From Mobula hypostoma (taxonomy: Eukaryota), in contig NC_086097.1 in assembly GCF_963921235.1 (NCBI RefSeq), forward strand, positions 104,720,001 through 104,784,000: a DNA stretch of 64,000 bases, written 5' to 3'. The translations under genes were made by a program, and so were the position numbers. A model generated the notes under the pieces. It saw only the letters and a list, made by a program, of their open reading frames with translations. It was not told the DNA's origin and ran no database searches. Below are positions 12,396-25,699 of this stretch, one piece after another (position 1 is the stretch's first letter; every line of letters starts with the position of its first letter).

Positions 12396-12893
12396 TATAC
12401 CCTAATTATTGTTTTGCATCTACGCTCTATGGTCTATGCATTCAGTCTAAGCTCTATGGTCTATGCTATATTCTCTATGGTCTATCCTCGATGCTCCATG
12501 CTCTAACGTCTATTGTTTATGGTTTACACTCTATGTTCTATGCTGCTACTGCACTACCGCTACTACCTCCATCTCTCTTAAACCCATCTCCTAAACCCCC
12601 CTCTCTTCCCACACCTGCTGTCTCTCCCCAACTCTCTCTCTTTTTCTGTCCCTCGCTCTCCACCCCCTCCCTTTCCTTCCTCTCTACCCCTCTCTCCCCT
12701 TTCTCTGTCTCACTCCCTCCATCTCCCCTCACCCCCCTCTCCCACACTCTCCGACTCACTCCCTCTCTCCCCCTCTCACTCCACCTCCCTCTCTATTACT
12801 CTCTCCCTGTTAAGCTATGCACCTGCCACACTCCTCTCCCCCACTCTCTACCCCTCCGTCCTACTGTCTCCCTTTTACCCCCTTTCCCCCTCT

Positions 12894-13625
12894 ATAAGAG
12901 CATAAGACAGAAGAGCAGAATTAGGCCATTTTGTCCATCGAGTCTGTTTTGCCATATAATCATGGCTGATCCTTTTCTTCTATCTCCTCCGCAACCCCAG
13001 TTCCCAGCCTCCCCCATAACCTTTAATGCCATACGCAATCAACAACCTATCAATCTCTGCCTTAAGTATACCCAATGACCTGGCCTCCACAGCTAAATGT
13101 GGTAACAAATTCTATAAATTCACCACCTTTTAGCTACAGCAATTTCTCCGCGTCTCTGTTTTGAAAGGGTGCACCTCTACCCTGAGGCTGTACCCTCTTG
13201 TCCCAGGCTCTCCCACCATGGGAACCCTCCTTTCCACATCTACTCTGTCTAGGCCTTTCAACATTTGAAAGGTTTCAATAAGATTCCCCCCTCATCCTTC
13301 TGAATTCCAGCGAGTACGGACCCAGAGCCTTCAAACTTTCCTAGTATGATAACCCTTTCATTCCTGGAATCGTCCTTGTGACCCTCCTCTAATGCCAGCA
13401 CATATTTTCTAAGAAGGGGAGCCCAAAACTGTTCACAATATTCAAGGTAAGGCCTCACCAGTGTCTTAAAAAGCCTCAGCATCACATCCTTACTCCTGTA
13501 TTCAAGACTTCTTGAAATGAATGCTAACATGGCCTTCCCTAACACCGCCACGACCTGCAAGTTTACCTTTAGGGTGTTCTGCACAAGGACTCCCAAGTCC
13601 CTTTGCATCTTAGATTTTTGGATTT
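12894..13625 (-). mobile_element. CR1-type LINE 3' fragment
   Basis: QRDLGVLVQ...LVRPYLEYCEQFWAP; (TCTTATG)n-type tail. Confidence 0.9.
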
Positions 13626-14873
13626 TCTCCCTGTTTAGAAAATTTCCCAGTTCTCTCCCCCCTCTCTCCACCCCTTACTCCACCACTACCACTTCTCTCC
13701 ACCCACTCTTTCCCCCCTCTCTCGCCTTCTCAATCATTCTTCCCACCATTCCCCTTCTCACTGCTCACCCAGATTCCAACCTCCTTTCTCCCGCTGACTC
13801 TCTCTCTCTCATCTCTACCACTTCCCCCCCTCTCTCCACCCCCCTGCCTTTCACTCCCCTCTCTACCCCCCTCCCTTTCCCTCTCCACCACTCCCTCAGT
13901 CCTCTCTCAAACTCTATTGCCACCTTCTTCCCCCCTCTCTCACATCCCTCTACCCCCACTCTCTCCCCCTCAACCTCATACTTACCCCCTCTTCCCTCCA
14001 TTTAACTCACTCTCTTCCTCTCTCCACCATTTCTTCCCCTCTCACCCACTCACTCCCCTTTCTCCCCTACTCTGTCACCCCTCCCTATCCCCCTCTCTCC
14101 CCCCAGTCTCCCCTTCCCTCCCTCCTCCCCATTTCTCCCCAACTCTTTCCCTCTGTCCCCCTCTTTCCCTGTCTCCCCTATTCTCTAACCCCCTCCCCAC
14201 CCCCCTCTCAACCCTTCTCTCCCTCTGCCTCCCAGTTCTGTCCCCCTCCCCCATCTACCACCTCCACCCACTCTCCCTCTCAACTCCCTCTCCCCTCCAC
14301 TCCCTCTTTTCCCTGCCACTCCTTCTCTTGCCCCTCATCCCCACTCTCTACAGCTCTCTCCCACTGTCCCCCCCACCACCTATCTCCAACCATTTATTCC
14401 CCCCTAACACCCCTCTCCCACCGCCACTACCCCCTGCCACCTCATCCCCATACACTACAAACCTCTCTCCCACTGTCCCCCTCTCTACCACCTCTCCCCC
14501 TCTCAACAACCTCTATCCACCCACTCTCCCTTTCACCTCCCTCTCCCCCACCACTCCATCTCTCCCCGTCACCCTCTCTCCCACTGACCCCCTGGCACCT
14601 CTCTACCACCTCTCCCGCCACACTCTCCCCATCTCCGCAACTCCTATCTATCCCGACTGTCTCCTTCCCTCTTCCTCTCCCTAACTATTGTTCCCTTCTC
14701 TCCCAGCCTCTCGCTAATCCCACTCTCTCCCCTTTCACTCCTCTCTCTACCCCCACTCTCTCTCCATCTCTCCTGCTTCATCTTCACTCTCCCCTCCCAT
14801 TTCACCTCTCACTCACCCTCACTCTTCCCCTCTCTCCCCCTCTACACACTGCCTTCCCCTACTCCCACCCACT

Positions 14874-17400
14874 TAGAAAAAACATAGAAAACATACAGCA
14901 CAATGCAGGCCCTTCGGCCCACAAAGCTGTGCCGAACATGTCCCTACCTTAGAATTACCTGGGCTTCTATTTTTCTAAGCTCCATGTAGCCATCCAGGAA
15001 TCTCTTAAAAGACCCTATCGTTTCCACCTCCATCACTGCCGCCGGCAGCCCATTCCACGTACTCACCACTCTCTGCGGAAAAATCTTACCCCTGACAGCT
15101 CCTCTGTACCTACTTCCAACCACCTTAAAACTATGCCCTCTCACGTGAGCCGTTTCAGCCCTGGGGAAAACCTCTTGACTATCCACACGATCAATACCTC
15201 TCATTATCTTGTTTTCTTTCAAGTTACCTCTCATCCTCCATCGTTCCAAGGAGAAAAGGCTGAGCCCATTTAACCTCCAGGAAGGAGCTTAAGAATGAAA
15301 TTAGGAGAACTCCCTAATCCAGGTAACATGTTGTAAGTCTCCTCTGCACCCTTTCTATGGTTTCCATGTCCTTCCTATAGTGAGGTGACCAGAATTGAGC
15401 ACAGAACTCCAAGTGGGGTCTGACCAGGGTCCTATATAACTGCAACACTACCTCTCGGCTTTTAAACTCAATCCCACAATTGATGAAGGCCAATGCAATG
15501 TATGCCTTCTTAACCACAGAGTCAATCTGCGTAGCAACTTTGAGTGTCCTATGCACTCGGACCCCAAGATCCCTCTGATCCTCCACACTGCCAAGAGTAT
15601 TACCATTAATGCTATATTCTGCCATCATATTTGACCTACCAAAATGAACCTCCTCACACTTATCTGGGTTGAACTCCATCTGCTACCTCTCAGCCCAGTT
15701 TTGCATCCTATCACTGTCCCGCTGTAACCTCTGATAGCCCTCCACACTATCCACAACACCCCCAACCTTTGTGTCACCAGCAAATTTACTAACCCATCCC
15801 TCCACTTCCTCATCCAGGTCATCTATAAAAATCACAGAGCAGGGATCCCAGAACAGATCCCTGAGGCACACCACTGGTCACCGGCCTCCATGCAGAAAAT
15901 GACCTGTCTACAACCATTCTTTGTCTTCTCTGAACAAGTCAGTTCTGGATCCACAAAGCAATGTCCCCTTGGATCCCATGCCTCCTTACTTTCTCAAGAA
16001 GCCTTGCATGAGGTACCTTATCAAATGTCTTGCTAAAATCCATATCCACTACATCTAAGACTCTTCCTTCATCAACATGTTTAGTCACATCCTCAAAAAA
16101 TTCAATCAGGCTCTAAGGCACCACAATCAGGCTCTAAGGCACCACCTGCCTTTGACAAAGCCATGTTGACTAGTCCTAATCATATTATGCCTCTCCAAAT
16201 GTTCATAAATCCTGCCTCTCAGGATCTTCTCCATCAACTTACCAACCACTGCAGTAAGACTCACTGGCCTATAATTTCCTGGGCTATCCCTACTCCCTTT
16301 CTTGAATAAGGGAACAATATCCGCACACCTTCCAATCCTCTGGAATCTCTCCCGTCCTCACTGATGATGCAAAGATCATTGCCAGAGGCTCAGCAATCTC
16401 CTCCTTTGCTTCCCACAGTAGCCTGGGGTACTTCCCATCTGGTCCCGGTGACTTATCCAACTTGATGCTTTCCAAAAGCTCCAGCACATCCTCTTTCTAC
16501 ATTCCCAAGCCTTTCAGTCCACTGCAAGTCATCCCTACAATCGCCAAGATCCTTTTCTGTAGTGAATACTGAAGCAAAGTATTCATTCAGTACCTCTGCT
16601 ATTTCCTCTGTTCCGTACATACTTTTCCATTGTCACACTTGATTGGTCCTATTCTCTCATGTCTTATCCTCTTGCTCTTCAAATATTTGTAGAATGCCTT
16701 GGGGTTTCCTTAATCCTGTCCACCAAGGCCTTCTCATGGCCCCTTCTGGCTCTCCTAATTTCCTTCTTAAACTCCTTCCTGTTAGCCTTGTAATCTTCTA
16801 GATCTCTAACATTACCTGCCTCTCTGAACCTTTTGTATGCTTTTCTTTTCTTCTTGACTAGATTTATTACAGCTTTTGTACACCACGGTTCCTGTACCCT
16901 ACCATAATTTCCCTGTCTCATTGGAACGTACCTATGCAGAACTCCACACAAATATCCCCTGAACATTTGCCACATTTCTTCTGTACGTTTCCCTGAGAAC
17001 ATCTGTTTTCAATTTATGCTTCCAAGTTCCTGCCTAATAGCCTCATAGCTCCCCTTACTCCAATTAAATGTTTCCCTAACTTGTCTGTTCCTATCCCTCT
17101 CCAATGAGGAGATAGAATTGTGATCACTATCTCTGAAATGCTCTCCCACTGAGAGACCTGACACCTGACCAGGTTCATTTCAGAATACCAGATCAAGTAC
17201 AGCCTCTCCTCTTGTAGGCTATCCCTGATCAACAGTGCCACGCCCCCACCTCTTTTGCCTCCCTCCCTGTCCTTTCTGAAACATCTAAAGCCTGGCACTT
17301 GAATTAGCCATCCCTGCCCCTGCACCATCCAAGTCTTTGTACTGGCCACAACATCATAGCTCCAAGTGCTGATCCACACTCTAAGCTCATCCACTGTATC
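14874..17400 (-). mobile_element. CR1-type LINE ORF2 (APE endonuclease to RT), decayed
   Basis: [51 protein letters not shown] in broken frames. Confidence 0.92.
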
Positions 17401-19844
17401 CACTTGTCCCCCTTTCTCCCACTCCCTCTCTCTCCCCTACCACATTTCCCCCTTCTTTTCCCCAACTCTCCGCTCACTTTTTCCTGTCCTTGCCTCTCTC
17501 CTCTTCTATCTCCTAGTTCTCTCCCACTCTCTTTCCACCCTCTGCCCCCTGTCCCCCACACCTCGCCCCCTCTCTGCCACTCCTCTCTCTACCCCCACTG
17601 TCCCCTTCCCTCTCCCTAACTATTCCCTTCTCTCCCGCTCTCTCTACCTCCTCTCTCCACCCCCACTCCCCTTCTATCTCCACTTCTCTCTCTTCCCCAC
17701 TCACTCCTGACCTCTCTTCCCCTCTCCCCCACCCCTGCTTCACCATTTCTCCACCCTTTGTCTCCACCACTCTCTCCCCACTCTCCCCCCTTCACACCCC
17801 TCTATCCGTCTCTCCGCCCACTCTCTCTCCACCCTCACTCTCCCTACACTGTCCCCCATCTCTCTCCTCCTACCCTCTCCCCTCTTTTTCCACACTCTCC
17901 CCCTCTGTCCACCCCTCTCTCCCCACTCTCTCTACCCTCCCTCCTCCCTCCCACCTCACTTCCGCTGCTTTCTCCCCTTTTCCCTCCCTCCTCGTTTCCC
18001 TCCCTCCCCGTTTCCCCTCTCCCTCCCACTCTTCCCCTCTCCCTCCCACTCTTCCCCTCTGACCCCTCTCTCTTCCATTTTAGCTTTCTCCCCCATTCAT
18101 TACACCCTCTCTCTCTTTCTCCCCTCTCTTCCCGTCTCTCCGCCCACTCTCTCTCCAGCCTCACTCTCCCTACCTCTATCTCCCTCTCCACCCTTCTCTC
18201 CTGCCCTCTCTCCCACACACCCCTCCCTCTCTCTCTTTCACCACTCTCCCTTTCTCTCTATCCTACCTCTCTCCCCCACCTTGTCTCTCCACCCTCACTC
18301 TCCCTCTTCTCTCTTTCCCTCTTCTTCCTGCCCCTCTCTCTCCCACTCACTCTCCTCACCTAACCAACCCTCTCCCCATCATTTCCACCCTCTCACTCCC
18401 CTCTCTTTCCTCTCTCTCCCCTCCCTCCCTCCCTCCCTCCCTCCCACTTGCCCCCCCTCACCTCAGTTACCCCTTCTCCCCTCCCACCCTCTATCTCCCC
18501 CCTCACCCCATCTCTCCCCACCTCTCTGCCTCTCTTCCCCTTTCTCCCCCACCCTCTCTGCGCCTCCTTCTCTCTCCCACTCCCTCTTCCCCTCTCTCAC
18601 TCACTCTCCCTCTCTGTCACCCACACTCTCCCCCCACTCCTGCCTCTCTCCCCACGTTCATCACCACTTTTCCCACCCTCCCCATTTCACTCCTCTCTCC
18701 CCTATCCCCTCAATCTCCCCTCTCTCCTATTTATCTCCCCTCTCACACCCCTCTAGAATCCTCTCCCCCTCTCTCCACCCTCACTCTGCCCCTCTCTCCA
18801 CCCTCGCTCTGCCCCCTCTCTCCCCCTCACTCTCCCCTCCTCCTCACCCCTCATTTCCCCCTCTATCCCTCCACACTCTCTCTCCATTCACTCCCCCCTC
18901 CCATCTCACATCCCTCTCTCCCCATCTAGAACCCTCTCCCCCTCTCTCTCCACCCCTCTCCCATCTCACATCCCTCTCTCCCCATCTAGAACCCTCTCCC
19001 CCTCTCTCTCCACCCCTCTCCCCCTCTCTCTCCACCCCTCTCCCATCTCACATCCCTCTCTCCCCATCTAGAACCCTCTCCCCCTCTCTCTCCACCCCTC
19101 TCCCCCACATCCACCCCTCTCCCCCACATCCACCCCTCTCTCCCTACACATCACTGTCCCCCTGACTCTACCTTCTCTCTCTCTCTCCCCTCTCATTTCT
19201 CCCGTCTATCTCACTCTACCCTCTCTCCCTCACTTTCCCCCTCTATCTCCACCTTCTCTCCCCTCCCTCCCTCTGTCCCCACCCTCTCCCCCTCTCACCT
19301 TCCTCTCTTCTTCCCTCTCCCCGGCTCACTCCCCTTGCCCCCTCGTTCCCCCTTCCTCTCCGCCCCTTGCCCCTCTTCCCCCTCTCTCTCAACAGCTCCT
19401 TCTCTCTCTCCAGTCTCTTTCCCACACACTCCCCCTTTCTCTCCCCTCTCTTTACCCCTTTTTCACTTTCTCTCTCCCTCTCACTCTTCTCCCCTCTCTG
19501 TCACTCCTCCTCTTATCATCCCCACTTGCCCCCCTCTCTCACCTTATTTCCCCCTCGCTGCACCTCTCACCCACTCACACTCGTCCTCTTTCCCCAAGCT
19601 CTCTACCCCTCTCTCCTCCCTCTCATCCAATCTCTTTGCCCCTCTTCCTACTCCATTTCTCTGCCTCACCCTCTTCTCCTTCTTTCTACCCTTCTCTCCC
19701 CACTTATCTACCCCTGCCACCATCCCCCATCCCTACCCTCCTCTCCACCTCTCCCCTCCTCTCCACCTCTCCCCTCCTACTTCCCCACACCCCTATCCCA
19801 CTCCGCACACCCCTCACCCCTCCCACCCTAATATTCTTCCTTTC

Positions 19845-20126
19845 TTCGACGGCCAATACCGTACGCCGTATGCTAATGACCGCCAGTCGCTTGCTGCGCG
19901 TGCGCACTCTGCGCTAGGTTATTGTGTGTTGGAGCCTGAGGCCGGTTCGTGGCGGGAGTGGAACATTTTATTTTTTTCGGCCGTTCCTGTGAAGTTGTGG
20001 TCCGGTTATTTCCTACCTGAGACTTCGTGCGGCTGAGCCACGCAGACCTTTGCCTTGCCCTTTCGGGATCGCGTTACTGAGCCGCTTGGCGCCTTGCTCT
20101 GTCCCAGGGCCCGAGGCGGCGCCGCG
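19845..20126 (+). promoter_or_regulatory. CpG-rich RTF1 promoter/5' UTR with CCAAT and NRF1-like motifs
   Basis: Abrupt CpG enrichment ~19845-20500; CCAAT 19853-19857; TGCGCGTGCGCA 19895-19906, one mismatch to the NRF1 palindrome TGCGCATGCGCA. Confidence 0.65.
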
Positions 20127-20204
20127 ATGCTGAAGAAACGTAAGGGGCGAATCGTGATCGACTCGGACAGCGATGATAGCGGGAGTGAGGAGAACCTGGA
20201 CCAG
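20127..20204 (+). CDS. RTF1: RNA polymerase-associated protein RTF1 homolog, first coding exon
   Basis: gccgcgATG encodes [26 protein letters not shown] then donor CAG|GTAAGC; closely matches the vertebrate RTF1 segment [26 protein letters not shown] as I recall it; too short for the ORF track. Confidence 0.92.
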
Positions 20205-20809
20205 GTAAGCGGAGTCGAAGAGGAGTGGTGAGAAGCCGGGGTTCCGAGATAGTGTGTTAGGTAAGGCTTAGGCCCGGGCCTTAGGAGCCTACGCTCCTGC
20301 CCATTCGCCATGTTACAGCAACCAGTGTTATCCGTCGTCCTACGCGGTTGTGGGTCAGCTTCCTGTCGCCGTTGCCACTTGCTCCGACTCTTCAGTTCCC
20401 AGAAAATCCACTGTAGTCGCTTTTGGTGCTGTCTCCTTGCCCTAAGGCTACGTTCGGCTTTGGGATCAGCACCTCTTCCCCCCCCCCCGCCGTACCCCGG
20501 CTATCCGTTCTTTATTTTACCATGCTATTCGGTCTTCTCCAGTGTCTGTTTGAAAGCTCCAAAAAATTCTAAGCTTTATTCCTTTCCAAGTGGACTGTTA
20601 AGCTTCTAGTCATTTGATTTACCCCTTCTACTGATAAATTGTCTTTCTTTGAGAGACTAATATGTCAATGTGAAGAATCCTACACCTGAACCATTAACTT
20701 TCTGTATTCGCTTTTACTGCCCATTATTTTCAGCATTTTGTGTTTTATAAACCTCATTTGGCCAATATTCTGTGTTTAATCATTTGACCACAGGTAGTGT
20801 GTGCCCCCC

Positions 20810-21440
20810 CCCCCACCCACTGGGACTTGCATAAAACAAATTGCCTCACACATTTCTTTAAGCTTTCCTCCTCTCTCCTTAATTGTCCTCAAATTATTTC
20901 TATCCTGCCTCTCCACCTCTCTCCTCTTCATGCGCAACAAGCCTCTGACAATTCAGAGAAAACAATCCAAGTTTATCAAGCCTCTCCTTATATCTCATGG
21001 CCATTATTCCTGGTAAACCTTTTCTACACTTTTTCCAAATCCTCCACATCCTTCCTGTAATAGAGTGACCTGAATTGCACACAGTGCAGCCTAACCAGAG
21101 TATTATACTGAGGCAATGTGATTTCTATTCTCTTATACTCAATACCCTGCCCAATGAAGTATTCCATATATTGTCTATGTGTGGCCACTTTCAGTGAGTA
21201 TGGACTTGGATCTTCTGCACGCACTGGTTAGAGTCCGGCCATTAACTGTACTTCCCCCTTGTGTTAGATCTCCTAATGCAACACTTCACACTTCCCCAGG
21301 TTCTAGTCTATGTACAATACTCTATTGTATTGCAGTTCTCTGCACTGTCCACAACTTCAACCTTTTAGTCATCTGCACCCATCTACACTCCCATCCAAGT
21401 TATTTATACATTATTGCAAACAACAGCAATCCCAGGACCA
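20810..21440 (-). mobile_element. Old CR1-type LINE 3' fragment
   Basis: GIEYKR...YNTLVRLHCVQFRSLYYRKDV and YKERLDKLGLFSL. Confidence 0.75.
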
Positions 21441-21449
21441 GTGTCTGTC

Positions 21450-24400
21450 AGGAGAAATGTAAATAGGCAGTTAGAGCAGAGCACTTCTGTGGCCATTCCC
21501 CTCAAAAACAAGTATACCACTTTGGATACTTTTGTGGGGGATGACCTCCCGGGAGAATGCTATGCCTACCAGGTTACAGTAACTGAGCATGGGTCCAAGG
21601 TTCAGAAGGGAAAGAGCGAGAAGGGAGCAGTAGTGATAGGGAGGGGAACAGACAGGAGATTCTGTGGACGTGAATGGGACACCCGCATGATATGTTGCCT
21701 CCCGGGTGCCAGGGTCAGGGATGTCTCAAATCGCATCCGCAACATTTTGGAGAGGGAGGTAGAGCAGTCAGATGTCTTGGTACATATTGGTACTAATGAC
21801 ATAGGAAGGAAAAGAAATAAGGTCCTGAAAAGAGAATTTAGAGAGCTAGGTAGAAAGCTTAGAAACAGGATAGCTCTGGGTCTCTACTTGCTGGAATTCA
21901 GAAGGATGAGGGGAGATCTCATTGAAACCTTTCGAATGTTGAAAGGCCTAGACAGAGCATATGTGGAAAGGATGTTTCCCATGTTAGAGCTGTTTGGGAG
22001 GGTTTAAACTAACTTGGCAAGTGGGTGGGAACCGGAGTGAAGGGACTGGGGAAAGGATGGATGGTAAAAAAGTAAAGATAGCGTGCAGTCAGACTGTCAG
22101 GAAGGGCAGGCAGGTGATGGGACTTAGTTGCAGCCAACAAGCTGAGTATCAAATTAAGGATGCAGAATCAGAAAGGATAGCAAATGCTACTCAAGGTGTT
22201 GTATCTAAATGCACGTAGTATAAGAAATACGATGGATATTCTTGTTGCAATATTGCAGATTGCCAGGTACGATGTTGTGGCCATCACTGAATCGTGGCTG
22301 AAGGATGGTTGTAACTGAATGTCCTGGGAATTAATTGGGAAATTAATGTGGTATGAGAGAAGAGTTGGTCAAAGTAAATTGGAAAGAGCTCCTGGCAGGT
22401 ATGACAGCAGAGTAGCAATGATGTGCGTTTCTGGGAAAATTGAGGAAGGTGCAGGATATGTGTATTCCAAAAATGAAGAAATAGTCAAATGGTAAAATAG
22501 TACAATTGTGGCTGACAAGGGAAGTTAAAGCAAAAGAAAGGGCATATAACAAAGCAAAAATTAGTGGGAAGATAGAGGATTGATAGGTTTTTAAAAACCT
22601 ACAAAGAGCAACTAAAAAAATCATTAGAAGGAAAATATGAAATATGAAGGCAAGCTAGCAAATAATATCAAAGTGGATAGTTTAAGTTTTTAAGTATGTT
22701 GAAAATAAAAGAGAAATGAGAGTGGATATAGGACCGCTAGAAAATGAGGCAGGAGAAATAATAACGGGACAAAGAGATGACTGATGAACTAAATGAATAT
22801 TTTGCGTCAGTCTCCACTGTGGAAGATACGAGCAGTGTGAAGGAAGAGAAATGGGTGCGGTTACTATTACAAGGGAGAAGGTGCTCAAAAAGTTAAAAGT
22901 GCATAAGTCAACCTGGACCAGAGAAACTGCACCCTAGGGTTCTGAAAGAGGAAGCATTAGAAATTGTGGCGAATTTAGAAATGATCTTTCAAAAATCATT
23001 GGACTCTGGCATGGTGCCAGAGGACTGGAAAATTGCAAATGTTACTCCACTCTTTAAGAAAGGGGAAAGGCAGCAGCAAGGAAATTATAGACCAGTTAGC
23101 CTGACGTGCCACACATGAGCTGCTTACCAAGTTAAGAGCCCATGGTATTACAGAAAGTTACTAATGTGGTTCGAGCATTGGCTGATTGGCAGGAGGCAGC
23201 GAGTGGGAATAAAAGGGTCCTTTTCTGGTTTGCTGCCAGTGACTGGTGGTGTTCCACAGGGGTCAATGTTAGGACCATTTTTTTTATGCTGTATATAAAT
23301 GATTTAGATGATGGAACAGATGGTTTTGTTGCCAAGTTTGCAGATGATACAAAGATTGGTGGATGGGCAGGTGGTGTTGAGGAAACAGGTAGGATGCAGG
23401 AGGACTTAGATAGATTAGGAGAATGGGCAAGAAAATGGCAAATGAAATACAGTGTTGGAAAATGCATGGTCATGCACTTTTGTAGTAGAAACAAATGTGT
23501 GGACTATTTTCTAAACAGGGAGAAAATCCAGGAATCTGAGATGCACTGGGACTTGGGAGTCCTTGTGCAGAACACCCTGAAGGTTAACTTGCTGGTTGAG
23601 ACGGTGGTGAGGAGGGCAGATGCCATGTCGAGTCAAGTCAAGTTGCTTTTATTGTCATTTCAACCATAACTGCTGGTACAGTACACAGTAAAAACGAAAC
23701 AACAATCCTCCAGGACCATGGTGCTACCTGAAACAACACAAAACTACACTAGACTACCTGAAACAACGCAAAACTGCACTAGACTACGTGAAGCAACACA
23801 AAACTACATTAGACTTTAGGCCTACACGGGACTACATAAAGTGCACAAAACAGTGCAAGACGGTACAATAATTAATAAACAAGACAATAGGCACAGTAAA
23901 GGACAAATTACAATATAATGATGTAAATGTAAACAATGTTTTAGCAGGAATTGAGAAAAAAATGAGCAAAAATTGAAAAGGGAGTGGAGTGGTGTTCAGT
24001 TGAGTGTGTGTGTAGGTTGGTGTCAGATTTGACTCTGGGAATTGAGGAGTCTAATGGGCAGAAGCTGTTACAGAGTCTGGTCGTGAGAGCCCAAATGCTT
24101 CGGTACCTTTTGCCAGATGGCAGGAGGGAGAAGAGTTTGTATGAGGGGTACGTGGGGTCCTTCACAGTGCTGTTAGCTTTGCAGATGCAGCATGTGGTGT
24201 AAATGTCAGTAATGGCGGGAAGAGAGACCCTGATGATCCCTTCAGCTGACCTCACTGTCCACTGCAGGGTCTTGTGATCTGAGACAGTGTGATTTCCAAA
24301 CCAGGCAGTAATGCAGCCGCTCAGGATACTCTCGATACATCCTCTGTAGAATGTGGTGAGGATGGGGGGGGTGGGAGATGGACTTTTTTTCAGCCTTCGC

Positions 24401-25215
24401 AGAAAGTAGAGATGCTGCTGGGCTTTCTTGGTTATGGAGCTGGTGTTGAGGGACCAGGTGAGATTCTCTGCCAGGTGAACACCAAGAAATTTGGTGCACT
24501 TAACAATCTCTACGGAGGAGCCATCGATGTTCAGCGGAGAGTGGTCGCTCCGCACTCTCCTGAAGCATTCATTTCAAGAGATCTAGAATACAAGAGCAAA
24601 GATGTGATACCGAGACTTTATAAGACACTAGTGAGGCCTCACCTTGAGTATTGTGAACAGATTTGGGGCCCCTCATCTTAGAAAATATGTGCTGGCATTG
24701 GAGAGGGTCCATAGGAGGTTCACAAAGATGATTCCAGGAATGAAAGGGTTATCGTACGAGGAACGTTTGATGGCTTTTGGTCTGTACTCGCTGGAATTCA
24801 GAAGGATGAGGTGGTATCTCATTGAAACTTTTTGAATGTTGAAAGGCCTAGACAGAGTAGATGTGGAAAGGATGTTTCCCATGGTGGAAGAGTCTAGGAC
24901 AAGAGGGCACAGGCTCAGGATAGCGGGGCGCCCTTTCAAAACAGAGATGTGGAGAAATTTCTTTAGCCAAAGGGTGGTGAATTTGTGGAATTTGTTGCCA
25001 CATGCAGCTGTGGAGGCCAGGCCATTAGGTTTATTTAAGGCAGAAATTGATAGGTCTTGATTGGACATGGCATCAAATGTTAAGGGGAAAAAGCCGGGGA
25101 GTGGGGTTGAGGAGTTGGGGGGGAAAAAGGGATCAGCCACGATTGAGTGGCAGAGTAGATTCGATGGGCCAAATGGCCTAATTCTGCTCCTACATCTTAT
25201 GGTCTTGTATGAGAG
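21450..25215 (+). mobile_element. CR1-type LINE with ORF1 esterase and ORF2, decayed; hosts a Rex1/Babar insertion
   Basis: GTDRRFCG...CCLPGARVRDV...VHIGTNDIG (SGNH esterase of CR1 ORF1), then endonuclease, YINDL/KFADDTKIGG RT motifs and tail TCTTATGGTCTT. Confidence 0.9.
23628..24562 (-). mobile_element. Rex1/Babar-type LINE 3' fragment
   Basis: KFLGVHLAENLTWS...KKAQQHLYFLRRL, FYRGCIESILSGCITAWFG, LLPSGKRYRS; (ACTTG)n tail; 30-bp tandem unit x3 at ~23724-23815. Confidence 0.85.
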
Positions 25216-25699
25216 GCCAGTGCTCGTTGTACTAGAGGCCTGAGTTTTAGTGAGTTGGCCACACTGGATGTTTGTTCCCTGGAGCATAGGAGAATGACAG
25301 ATGATGTTTTAAAAAGTTTATAAAATTATGGATAAGGTGGACAGTCGGTCTTTTTCCCAGGGTTGGTGTGTACGAAACTAGAGCGCACAAACAGACCAAT
25401 ACCTGGAATGAGCTACCAGAGGAAATGGAGTATTAAGTGGCATTTAGATCGGTGCTTGGAGGGTTACGGGCTGAAGGAGGAAGTTGTAGTCAGCATGGAT
25501 CAGTTGGGCTGAAGGACCTGTTTTCATGCCGCATTTTTCTATGGCCCTATCACTTTCTCTATTAGTGGAGGCCTGGTCCACTTTAAAAATAATTCTCAGA
25601 GTTCCAGTTGATACTGTCTGTGTAAGAGTTCAAATTTTATGCACCTATGAAATGCTTTGGGAAATTCTACTACTTCTGCTCGTGTCTGAAGGCTGATTG

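Larger units (their letters stand above)
7396..12545. repeat. Degenerate 7-nt satellite, block B (TCTATGC/TCTATGG/TCTGTGT), interrupted by a solo LTR and CR1 pieces
   Basis: Same 7-nt phase as block A but dominated by TCTATGC; segments 7396-8685, 10257-11025, 11130-11364, 12400-12545. Confidence 0.93.
12546..19830. repeat. Long C/T-rich (G/A-rich on minus) low-complexity tract interrupted by two CR1 insertions
   Basis: Segments 12546-12893, 13626-14873 and 17401-19830 are almost devoid of G on the + strand. Confidence 0.95.

Noticed and set aside
1..19840. A divergent neighbouring gene upstream of RTF1 (NDUFAF1 in human, from memory)
   Set aside because: No recognisable coding exon on the minus strand; a short non-coding exon cannot be excluded
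12383..20036. Long Pro/Leu/Ser-rich and Gly/Glu/Arg-rich ORFs
   Set aside because: Stop codons are simply rare in C/T-only sequence; no coding signal
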